From Bacillota bacterium (GTDB lineage Bacteria > Bacillota > Clostridia > Peptostreptococcales > Anaerovoracaceae), in the NCBI GenBank assembly GCA_022793975.1, contig JAAWDW010000033.1, positions 1 to 38,910 of the forward strand: DNA of 38,910 nucleotides. Direction: 5' to 3'. The notes below the pieces were generated by a model. It saw only the letters and a list, made by a program, of their open reading frames with translations, was not told where the DNA came from and ran no database searches. Position numbers and translations under genes: made by a program. Positions 9,282 to 17,127 of the stretch are shown piece by piece. Position 1 is the stretch's first letter, and the number at the start of each line of letters is the position of its first letter.

Positions 9282-11492
9282 CTATTTTATAATGAGAAGT
9301 TTTGTACCTTCTGAAATAGCCTTATCAGGATCAAGTCCGTTAATACGGCTTATTCTTTCTCTTGTTGTTCTGAATTTCTTTGCTATTTTCCATAAGTCAT
9401 CCTGCGGTCTTGAAATGTAAATTATCATACTTGCTTTACGTTTTCCCTCATCCTCATTCTGTATAAATACCGGATTTTTGATAAGGCTGCACGTTTCATG
9501 TCCAGATACCGTACCAAGTGCCAAAATTCCCGCATTCACTTCTATCTGCTTATTGTTTATCTTATCAAACCAAAGTTCTTTTACATAAATATCGCTTTCT
9601 GCTATCATTCCCGCCTTGGAACCGGCAATATCCATCGAGCCCCTGAAAGGGAGACTGTGCTGCATCTTAAATGGAGTTTTATCTTCGTCCGCCGCGATTG
9701 CAAGAAGCTCCGCGTCAATTGTACCGCTCACCGTTTCTTTTCCGTTTTCTGCTGTACATTCAACATTCTGTACCTTTCCCGAAATATATATTACCTGTTC
9801 TATATCGCTGTACTGCGGCGGAATATTCAGTATTTCTCGCGCGGAAAGCTCCGTAACACCACTGCCCGCTATGGCCTTTGCCGTAAACGGCTCACTGTCA
9901 TATTCAAGCTCTCTTTCATTGTGATAAACATCGGTAACAATTTCCGCTTCAACATTTTTATATATTTCAATGTTCGTATTTATGCTTCCTTCTACCGCAA
10001 AGCCGATGCCGCCTGCTTCTTCATCATCTTCGCTAAAATTCTTTATTCTTACGGACAAATCGCTTCCGTCAAAAGTTATGCGGCTTCCGGAATGCGTATC
10101 GTCTATATCAAGCGGAATAAATTGCGTAAATTCAATTTTTCCCTGATAAAATGCGGGCTCCGGTATTGCTGCCGATACAGATGCTATACTACCGGTTTCC
10201 GAAGTTTCATCCATAAAATCTTCTGCTTCCATAGAAGTTTCAATTATATCGTCTTCCTGTGATTCGGCAAGATAAAGTATATTGCAGTATACCGTTCCAT
10301 TTATTACCGCTTTTTCCGGTGATATCTGCTTATGATTTTCAACAACATTTATTCCGTATTTGAGAATTCTTCCCGGCATCGGACTGTTCTCTTTAAGCAG
10401 CAAATTCTCTTCAACATCGAGAACATCTTTTTTCTTTGCCAGAATGTCTGTTACGCTTACTTTTTCCTTAAGGACCTCTATATCTTCTCCGCGGATTCCT
10501 TCAAACAGCTCGATATACTTGCCCGCATATTCGCGCATTGTCAGAACAACCGTCAGCTTGGCTCTGAATTTTCTTTCGTTTATCACCATATAATCAACGC
10601 TCTCAATTACAGGCTTTATTACGGCTGATGAAAACGGTGCGGTATTAATGCCCCAGTCAGTCCTAAATGGTATGCGAGACTGAATGGTCACAATAGGCTC
10701 GGCAGCAGGCTTTTCCGGTATATAAATCGTTTCCAGAGTAATATCCCCTGTAACTTTTATCCTGTCCTCGCCTTTCTGGCCGCTTTTTATTTCCTTGTCG
10801 GCACACTTTACACTTCCGTCCATTGAAAGGATCTTCGCCATATCCGGCTTAATATCCGGTACGAGAATATCCTCTTCTATATAAACGCGTGTGCTTTCGC
10901 CGTCTCTTATTTCTGTAAAATTAAGTTCGTTTGCTATGAGCAGATTTTCCAAAGAGATCTTTGCCGCAACTTCTTTTTCCTCATTCTGCGGTGCAAATTC
11001 CGGCGCTGCTGCAGGTGCCGAAACCGGTGCCGACACATTACCTGCCTCAAGCTCCGTATTCTCCGGCTGCTCATCAGCTATATCTGGATTTTCATTTAAC
11101 ATTACATCTGCTTCTTCCACAGTTTCGTGCTTTTCATCGTCTATTTGCGATAAACTATTATCATTCATTTCAACATATCCGCTCTCCGCATCGGCATCTG
11201 CAGCATACGCTTCTTCTTCCATATTCTCTAACATTTCTGTCTCATCGCTTGCATTAATTTCTTCCGCTACCGAAAACGCTTCTGTAATATTCTCTTCGGA
11301 CGGAACAACCGCCTCACCGTTTATATCGTCTATTTGCGATAAGCTGTCTTGCCGCATCTCGCCGTTTTGACGTGCTGTTTTATATGCGTTTATATCTTCT
11401 GCGTTTGCCGTCGCCGAGTTCTTCGACGTATGTATTCCGCTCAGTATACGATCGTACGGAGTCGGATCAAAACCATCATCCTCATACCTCAT
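9282..11492 (-). CDS. Sporulation protein with an acidic N-terminal region, DUF3794/SPOCS-like repeats and a C-terminal LysM domain (SipL/SpoVID-like)
   Basis: The C-terminus IIYISRPQDDLWKIAKKFRTTRERISRINGLDPDKAISEGTKLLIIK is a LysM domain. The central 500 aa resembles the repeated DUF3794 modules of clostridial SipL-type coat morphogenetic proteins, from memory and not searched. I moved the start to the ATG at 11492, which is preceded by GAAGGGGGAAAC. The ORF-track start at 11618 has no RBS. Confidence 0.6.
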   Translation of the reverse strand: MRYEDDGFDPTPYDRILSGIHTSKNSATANAEDINAYKTARQNGEMRQDSLSQIDDINGEAVVPSEENITEAFSVAEEINASDETEMLENMEEEAYAADADAESGYVEMNDNSLSQIDDEKHETVEEADVMLNENPDIADEQPENTELEAGNVSAPVSAPAAAPEFAPQNEEKEVAAKISLENLLIANELNFTEIRDGESTRVYIEEDILVPDIKPDMAKILSMDGSVKCADKEIKSGQKGEDRIKVTGDITLETIYIPEKPAAEPIVTIQSRIPFRTDWGINTAPFSSAVIKPVIESVDYMVINERKFRAKLTVVLTMREYAGKYIELFEGIRGEDIEVLKEKVSVTDILAKKKDVLDVEENLLLKENSPMPGRILKYGINVVENHKQISPEKAVINGTVYCNILYLAESQEDDIIETSMEAEDFMDETSETGSIASVSAAIPEPAFYQGKIEFTQFIPLDIDDTHSGSRITFDGSDLSVRIKNFSEDDEEAGGIGFAVEGSINTNIEIYKNVEAEIVTDVYHNERELEYDSEPFTAKAIAGSGVTELSAREILNIPPQYSDIEQVIYISGKVQNVECTAENGKETVSGTIDAELLAIAADEDKTPFKMQHSLPFRGSMDIAGSKAGMIAESDIYVKELWFDKINNKQIEVNAGILALGTVSGHETCSLIKNPVFIQNEDEGKRKASMIIYISRPQDDLWKIAKKFRTTRERISRINGLDPDKAISEGTKLLIIK

Positions 11493-11621
11493 AGTGTTTC
11501 CCCCTTCATATGCAATTCTTCGTACAATATATGCATACATGCCCCTTCCATATGCGCCGAAATATCTTTTTTTGCACGTGTTATGAGAAAAAAGATATTT
11601 TTGTAACAATACAAACAATAT

Positions 11622-11665
11622 AAAAAGGACCTTTAATCAAAATGTTTAATTAAAGGTCCTTTTAT
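11622..11665 (-). terminator. Intrinsic terminator after the dehydrogenase-family gene
   Basis: A perfect 15-bp inverted repeat, AAAAGGACCTTTAAT (11623-11637) / ATTAAAGGTCCTTTT (11649-11663), encloses an 11-nt loop. A/T runs form the base of the stem. Confidence 0.7.
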
Positions 11666-11705
11666 CTTTTAATCTCTTTATTGTTTATTTCATTTTATCT
11701 GCTTT

Positions 11706-12875
11706 TCAAATTTCCGGATAATCCTGCACTGTAGGAGCAAATATTTCCCGTACGCTTTCACGTGCATACCGCTCCTCGGAAAGTGCCAACCGCATTTGTT
11801 TTTCTGCATTTCTCCTACACAATAATGACGCGCCCTTAAGTGCTTCATCCTTATCTGCGGCAATCGTTCCGAAGAATACCGCATCGTAAAGCCAGGCTTC
11901 CGACAAATTGGCAGTAAAGTCACATATCATGTATACGCCTTTTTCCTTAAATATTTCATCTGCTTCCTGCGAAGTGGCGATGTTGGCACCCTCGACTACA
12001 AGCACCGCCTTTACGTTTTCGGCATTATCGGCATTCAGCGCATCTGCAAGTGCGCACGGCACTATTACATCGCAAGGTACCGACAACCATTCAACTGATT
12101 GCATAATTTTCGTGCCGTCAGAAAAATCACAGCCTTCAAAAATCTTGCCCGACTTCTTTATTTTATAAATAAGTTCTGTATCAAGTCCGCATGGATTATG
12201 AAGAAAAACTTTTGAATCGGACATTCCGACGATGCGGTGGCCAAGCTGTCTCAGCCTTTTGGCACAGGCGCTGCCCACACGCCCCATACCCTGAATAACA
12301 ACATCCGCTTTACCGGCAAGATGCAGATTTTCTGTCTTTTCGGCTCCCGCAAGCAGCCCCCAGGCTTCATCCGCCGACTCGGCAACACCATATCCAGCCA
12401 TCACGTCATTTATCGGAATACCGTCTACAGTTTCTTCGAGAAGCTTATCATATGCGGCTGCATTTTTCACTATCTGAGGATCGGCGCGCATCGATTTAGT
12501 AAGAGGCATATCAAATCCGAATTCACGGAACACATTGAGAATATCACTGTACTTCGTACCGTAATCCCCGCCGAGTGAAACACCTTCACGAATATACGGC
12601 ATCATTGCAATTAAATATCTGCGCAGCACATCTTTAGCATCGGACGCTTTGCTGTCATACGCAATGCCGCCTTTACAGCCACCGCAAAATTCCGACTCGC
12701 AGGCTTTGTATTTATAAGCCATAGCTTCCGCCAAACGCAGCACTTCTTCTCTTGTCACATCCGGATGCATACGAATACCGCCGCCCGTATAGCCTTTTAC
12801 ATAATTAAATATAACCAGCCAACCCTTTGCACTGCTTCTGGTATCGTTCCACTCCACCGTCAAATATTCTTTCAT
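11706..12875 (-). CDS. Glu/Leu/Phe/Val dehydrogenase-family protein (short, 389 aa); substrate unknown
   Basis: The motifs are GGGIRMHPDVTREEV, a catalytic Lys region GGCKGGIAYD, and a Rossmann GxGxxG (VVIQGMGRVGSACAKRL). The protein is shorter than canonical GDH. Confidence 0.7.
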   Translation of the reverse strand: MKEYLTVEWNDTRSSAKGWLVIFNYVKGYTGGGIRMHPDVTREEVLRLAEAMAYKYKACESEFCGGCKGGIAYDSKASDAKDVLRRYLIAMMPYIREGVSLGGDYGTKYSDILNVFREFGFDMPLTKSMRADPQIVKNAAAYDKLLEETVDGIPINDVMAGYGVAESADEAWGLLAGAEKTENLHLAGKADVVIQGMGRVGSACAKRLRQLGHRIVGMSDSKVFLHNPCGLDTELIYKIKKSGKIFEGCDFSDGTKIMQSVEWLSVPCDVIVPCALADALNADNAENVKAVLVVEGANIATSQEADEIFKEKGVYMICDFTANLSEAWLYDAVFFGTIAADKDEALKGASLLCRRNAEKQMRLALSEERYARESVREIFAPTVQDYPEI

Positions 12876-12952
12876 ACTTGCTCTCCGTTTATTTTTTATA
12901 TTTCCGTTTCACCGTTTCCGTTTCTGTATCTTGTTCCGAAAATCCGCAAAAG

Positions 12953-13936
12953 CTAATCCCGCTCAGGATATTCTGCTTCGCACACTTTGCAGAATTTATC
13001 AAGATCAATATTTCCCCCTGTTATTATACACAGCACTTTCTTACCTTTAAGTTCTTCATGTCCTTCTAGCAATGCTGCAATACATGTCGCTGAAGCGCCT
13101 TCTATCATAAGATGATGATTTTTTGCCATCCACTTGATGCCTTCTTTTGTCGATTCTTCACTTACCACAATTATACCGTCAACACAGGTGAGCGCAAGTT
13201 CTACATTCGGCCATGTAATCTCCCCTTCCAGACCATCGGCAATTGACGGAATAAATGGGCAGTCATTATTAAGTCTCTTTTCTGCAAATGATTTTTTCCA
13301 TGGTGCCGACGTATCCGTCTGAAGTCCATAGACTTCTATCTCAGGTTTCATCGCTTTCGCGGCAATAGCTACTCCGCAGAGGAGGCCGCCTCCGCCCGTT
13401 GGCACTATTATCGCATCAAAATCATTATTTTCCAGCAAAACTTCAAGCGCTACCGTACCCTGTCCCGCAACCGTTTCCGAAGATTCGTACGCGTGGACGA
13501 ATTTTCGTCCCTGCTCTCTTTCTATTTCATGAGCTTTTTCTTCTGCCGCGGCATAATCAGCACCGTATACCACGAGTTCTGCTCCGTATCTCACCGCACT
13601 TTCTCTTTTATTCATCGGTGTGGATTCCGGCACACATACTATGGCACTCGCCCCCTGCATACGCGCAGCATAAGCTACAGCCTGTGAATGATTGCCTGCA
13701 GATGCGGCAACAACACCACGCGCCAAGTCTTCCTTGCTCATAGCAAGCATATTGTTCATAGCTCCGCGCAGTTTATATGCACCTATAGGCTGCATATTTT
13801 CAAGTTTAAACCAAACATCGCTTCCGAAAAGTTCCGACATCTTATCCGATCTGATAAGCGGCGTTTTCACAACATACGGTTTTATACGTGTATAAGCTTC
13901 GCAAATATCTTTAAAACCTACTTCAATCTTATACAT
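12953..13936 (-). CDS. PLP-dependent threonine/serine dehydratase-family enzyme (fold type II)
   Basis: The PLP-lysine motif is LENMQPIGAYKLRGA. The protein also has ASAGNHSQAVAYAA and the glycine loop PTGGGGLLCG. At 327 aa it has no ACT regulatory domain. Confidence 0.78.
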   Translation of the reverse strand: MYKIEVGFKDICEAYTRIKPYVVKTPLIRSDKMSELFGSDVWFKLENMQPIGAYKLRGAMNNMLAMSKEDLARGVVAASAGNHSQAVAYAARMQGASAIVCVPESTPMNKRESAVRYGAELVVYGADYAAAEEKAHEIEREQGRKFVHAYESSETVAGQGTVALEVLLENNDFDAIIVPTGGGGLLCGVAIAAKAMKPEIEVYGLQTDTSAPWKKSFAEKRLNNDCPFIPSIADGLEGEITWPNVELALTCVDGIIVVSEESTKEGIKWMAKNHHLMIEGASATCIAALLEGHEELKGKKVLCIITGGNIDLDKFCKVCEAEYPERD

Positions 13937-14095
13937 AATACTTCCTCCTCCGAAACAATTACTTCATATAATTTCAATTTTTCATAAGAGATTAAGCCTC
14001 CGATTTATCGCTATAATTTTATCATAATTTTCTGATATATTCAAGGCGCTTTACCTTCTGCATGATTTGTCATATTTAAAAATGTGCTCATATTT

Positions 14096-15226
14096 TTATT
14101 TCACAATATATTCTTTAAACCCGTCTGTATAACGCTTCTCACCGTCCGGCATCACCCACATCACTTCAAAAACCGAAATTTTACCCAGGCTATCTTTGTC
14201 AGCAGCGTCAGCACTCTGCATAAACCCTTCCGCAAATCGTCTTCCGTCCGCATAATCCATATTGAAAAGCGCAGTCGAAAGCGCATCCGCAATTCCTGCG
14301 TTATCGGTCAATACCGATACCGAAAGATATCTGTCTTCCGGCATCAATGTAATTCCGTCTATTATGTGATGATAATTTTTGCCGTCTACTGTATAATATC
14401 TTTGATATACTCCGCTTGTTGCCAGCGACAAATAATCAGTTTCTATTGTTTCTATATGCGCGGTATCACTTGCAAGGTCCGGATTTTGTATGCCTACTGC
14501 CCACATGCTGCCATCTGCCTTCGCACCTATTGCACGTATATTTCCGCCTACATTCAAAATAATATTCGTATAACCGTCAGCTTCAAGCTCCTGTGCTATC
14601 CTTTCAGTTGCATAACCTTTTGCGACCGCTCCGACATCAAGGCGCATATATGCATCTGCAAGATATACTGTTCCTGCCACTTTATCTATTACCATATCTT
14701 CTATACTGCAATGTTCACTTGCCTTTTTCAGTTCTTCTATGTCAGGCAGCGCTGCTTTATCGGGATAGTTAATTCCGTGGTTTCGCGCTTCGTGCCATAT
14801 TTCCAGTACGCTTCCCATTGCAATATTTACTTTACCGTCTGTTGCGTAATACATATCACGAGAAAACTCAAGCATTGCTATTATATCATCATCGACTTCT
14901 ACTGGTGAAATACCCGCATTCTTGTTTACAGTCCTTATATTATTGATTCCCTTATATTCCGTATAGATATCGTAAAGCCTATGATACCTTGTAAGCTCTT
15001 TGTGAACATATGTCTCGGCCATATTTTCAAATTCTTCTTTACTTTCACTATAACCGATGACACTTACGGCCGTATCAAATGCATCGAGATATGTTTTTTG
15101 AAATTTCTCTTTTTCCGCCGCACCGCAGCCTGCTGCACCGAGTACAATTCCTAAAATAAATACAAACGCAATCAGTACTGCCGCCGTTTTTCTCATCTTT
15201 GCCATAGAACAAATATCATAACCCAT
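14096..15226 (-). CDS. apbE: FAD:protein FMN transferase (ApbE family), predicted lipoprotein
   Basis: The lipobox LGAAGC follows a hydrophobic signal. ApbE-like blocks are present: FDTAVSV, LDVGAVAKGYATERIAQEL, ILNVGGNI and LSLATSGVYQRYY. The ATG at 15226 lies 8 nt after AAGGAG. The ORF-track GTG at 15235 overlaps that RBS. The ATG at 15196 (MRKTAAV) is an alternative start. Confidence 0.85.
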   Translation of the reverse strand: MGYDICSMAKMRKTAAVLIAFVFILGIVLGAAGCGAAEKEKFQKTYLDAFDTAVSVIGYSESKEEFENMAETYVHKELTRYHRLYDIYTEYKGINNIRTVNKNAGISPVEVDDDIIAMLEFSRDMYYATDGKVNIAMGSVLEIWHEARNHGINYPDKAALPDIEELKKASEHCSIEDMVIDKVAGTVYLADAYMRLDVGAVAKGYATERIAQELEADGYTNIILNVGGNIRAIGAKADGSMWAVGIQNPDLASDTAHIETIETDYLSLATSGVYQRYYTVDGKNYHHIIDGITLMPEDRYLSVSVLTDNAGIADALSTALFNMDYADGRRFAEGFMQSADAADKDSLGKISVFEVMWVMPDGEKRYTDGFKEYIVK

Positions 15227-15257
15227 TTTAGTCACTCCTTTTATAAAAATAGTTACT

Positions 15258-15286
15258 AATCTAATTTAAAATTGTAATTCTGTCAA
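15258..15286 (-). promoter_or_regulatory. Sigma-A-type promoter candidate for apbE
   Basis: The minus strand reads TTGACA - 17 nt - TAGATT. The element ends about 30 nt upstream of the apbE start. Confidence 0.45.
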
Positions 15287-15385
15287 AAGTTCAGGTTCAA
15301 AATTAAAACATAATTTTAAACCTCAGCCTTTAAAGAAATACTTACATAAAATTTTGTATCATTAGGCTATTCAAGCAAGACTTCA

Positions 15386-15415
15386 GTAAAAATGAACACG
15401 GCGCCAAAAGCGCCG
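15386..15415 (-). terminator. Possible terminator after the tandem-domain lipoprotein gene
   Basis: The stem CGGCGC / GCGCCG (15399-15404 / 15410-15415) has a 5-nt loop. On the minus-strand RNA it is followed by UGUUCAUUUUU. The U-tract is displaced, so this is a weak call. Confidence 0.35.
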
Positions 15416-15477
15416 CGCCCAATAAATAAGAAGTCAGAATTTAATAAATAATAAAAGTTTAAAGTGGTATTATGCTG

Positions 15478-16515
15478 CTACATACCTGCATCAATTGCAG
15501 CGATGAAGTCGGAAATATCCATTGTGCAGCCTGCTGTAAGCGCTTCGTCAGTACCTACTGTGTGACCGCTGTCATTTACTGTCGTTGCGATGTTTGCAAC
15601 GTCATCCTTTGACATACCCTTTACGTACTCTTCAAAAGCAGCGATCTGCTGATACCATTCGCCGTTTTCAAGCGGTGATACAGGACCCATTCCATAATCT
15701 TCCTTAAGATCTTTCTTTGTTGTTACAGTCTCAGGAACGTCTACAACCGAGCCGTCCGATCCAACAGTAATCTTTGACTGTGTGCAGTCGATCTGAGCTG
15801 CTGTGATCTTGCCGTCAGCATCTGTTGCAGTTGCAGCATAAGTAGAAGTCGAGAATGCAACACCGTCTTCATCCTCAGTTGCGTCTTTTGAGCTTGCCAT
15901 ATTACTTACGATTCCGAGGTGGAGATCAGTAGCTTCGCCTGCTTCTACAGCCTTGTCACAAGCCTGTACTACAGCTTCGATAAACGCAGAGATATCCATT
16001 GTGCAGCCTGCAGTAAGCGCTTCATCAGTACCTACTGTGTGACCGCTTTCATTTACAGTTGTAGCAATATTTGCAACTTCATCTCTTGTCATTCCCTTTA
16101 CATATTCTTCAAATATAGCTATCTGCTGATACCATTCGCCGTTTTCAAGCGGTGATACAGGACCCATTCCGTAATCTTCCTTAAGATTTTTCTTTGTTAT
16201 GAAGTCCTTATCCTTATCAAGAACAACACCTTCTGATGTAAACGCCATTTTATTCTGCGCAACATCTACCAGACACTTAATGATTTTACCCTCGCTGTCA
16301 AGAAGTACAGCAGCAGCAGTACCGTCCTGCTGAGCGTTTCCGTCAGCGTCCTCTGTTGCCGGTGTAGCCGAAAGACTTACGGTAATTCCAAGACCTACCT
16401 TAGTGCTTCCTCCGGCAGCATTTCCTCCTTCGCTGCCATCGTCAGTGTCTCCACCGCAGGCAACCATAGCAAACATCATTGCTGCGATGAGTAAAACTGA
16501 AACTAACTTTTTCAT
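15478..16515 (-). CDS. Uncharacterised lipoprotein made of two tandem copies of a roughly 150-aa domain
   Basis: The signal plus lipobox is LLIAAMMFAMVAC|GG, followed by a Gly/Asp-rich linker. Two repeats follow, each ending in TKK(N/D)LKEDYGMGPVSPLENGEWYQQIA.FEEYVKGM..D.VANIATTVN.SGHTVGTDEALTAGCTMDIS.FI. I do not recognise the domain. Confidence 0.8.
   Translation of the reverse strand: MKKLVSVLLIAAMMFAMVACGGDTDDGSEGGNAAGGSTKVGLGITVSLSATPATEDADGNAQQDGTAAAVLLDSEGKIIKCLVDVAQNKMAFTSEGVVLDKDKDFITKKNLKEDYGMGPVSPLENGEWYQQIAIFEEYVKGMTRDEVANIATTVNESGHTVGTDEALTAGCTMDISAFIEAVVQACDKAVEAGEATDLHLGIVSNMASSKDATEDEDGVAFSTSTYAATATDADGKITAAQIDCTQSKITVGSDGSVVDVPETVTTKKDLKEDYGMGPVSPLENGEWYQQIAAFEEYVKGMSKDDVANIATTVNDSGHTVGTDEALTAGCTMDISDFIAAIDAGM
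15513..15721. repeat. Intragenic direct repeat, copy A (C-terminal domain of the lipoprotein)
   Basis: This copy aligns without gaps to 15990-16198 at an offset of 477 nt (159 codons). It includes a 50-nt identical run, 15644-15693 = 16121-16170. Confidence 0.9.
15990..16198. repeat. Intragenic direct repeat, copy B (N-terminal domain of the lipoprotein)
   Basis: See copy A. The halves of the two domains that lie upstream in the protein are far more diverged than this segment. Confidence 0.9.
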
Positions 16516-16629
16516 CTTTGTTTTCTCCTTTTTAGTTAAATTTTTATATATAACGCAGCATACGCTTTATTGCGCATACCGTGAATATATGACATTTCCA
16601 AAGCCCGCCGCAGTATCTCTCTTAAACAC

Positions 16630-17127
16630 TTATACGACCGGCATTCTTTCAATATGCCTTATAGCTTTATCCGACACAATGCCGATAAACACGCCTGTAA
16701 ACATTCCCACGGGAATCAGCGCCGATAAATATGAAAATAATCCGGCTGTCTCCATCACAATTACAGCCATTGCAACCTGTCCTGCATTGTGAAACACACC
16801 GCCTGCCATACTTACTCCGATAATGCTGAAAGCATTTGTGCATTTTAAAAGTATCATTACAGCAAGGCTTAAACCTGCACCGGCAAAACTGTAAAGCACC
16901 ATTGCCGGATTGCCGAAAAGCGAAGATACGATAATTATCCGTACCGCACTTATAATTACAGCACTGCCGAAACCAAGTCTGTAAAGCGCAAACACCGTTA
17001 CCACATTGGCAAGCCCAAGCTTAATACCTGGAATACCAAGCGGAATCGGTATTATCGCTTCCACATAAGAGAAAATCGCTGACAGGGCTACAAGTATACT
17101 GCATAAAACAAGTTTCTCAGTTCGCAA
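16630..17127 (-). CDS. Gx transporter family / PF07456 ('heptaprenyl diphosphate synthase component I'-like) polytopic membrane protein
   Basis: The 165-aa protein has about 5 TM segments. The motifs are IPIPLGIPGIKLGLANVVTVFALY and GVSMAGGVFHNAGQVAMA, which are typical of this family from memory. The start overlaps the upstream gene by 11 nt. Confidence 0.7.
   Translation of the reverse strand: MRTEKLVLCSILVALSAIFSYVEAIIPIPLGIPGIKLGLANVVTVFALYRLGFGSAVIISAVRIIIVSSLFGNPAMVLYSFAGAGLSLAVMILLKCTNAFSIIGVSMAGGVFHNAGQVAMAVIVMETAGLFSYLSALIPVGMFTGVFIGIVSDKAIRHIERMPVV

Noticed and set aside
11690-11923. A 77-aa minus-strand ORF overlapping the 3' end of the dehydrogenase gene
   Set aside because: It is out of frame and overlaps a gene with clear family motifs. 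Its composition is basic and odd (RMKHLRARHYC) and it has no RBS.
14084-14908. A 274-aa plus-strand ORF antisense to apbE. Similar long antisense or out-of-frame ORFs occur at 3128-3874, 4407-5300, 5415-5918, 9498-10262 and 34321-34836.
   Set aside because: Their translations are Cys/Phe/Arg/Ile-rich low-complexity strings with no motifs and no RBS. Each lies wholly inside a well-supported gene on the other strand. These are shadow ORFs typical of AT-rich codon usage.
15513-16198. The direct DNA repeats as a CRISPR-like or mobile-element repeat
   Set aside because: There are only two copies, 477 nt apart and in frame within one lipoprotein ORF. This is an intragenic domain duplication, not a repeat-spacer array or IS termini.
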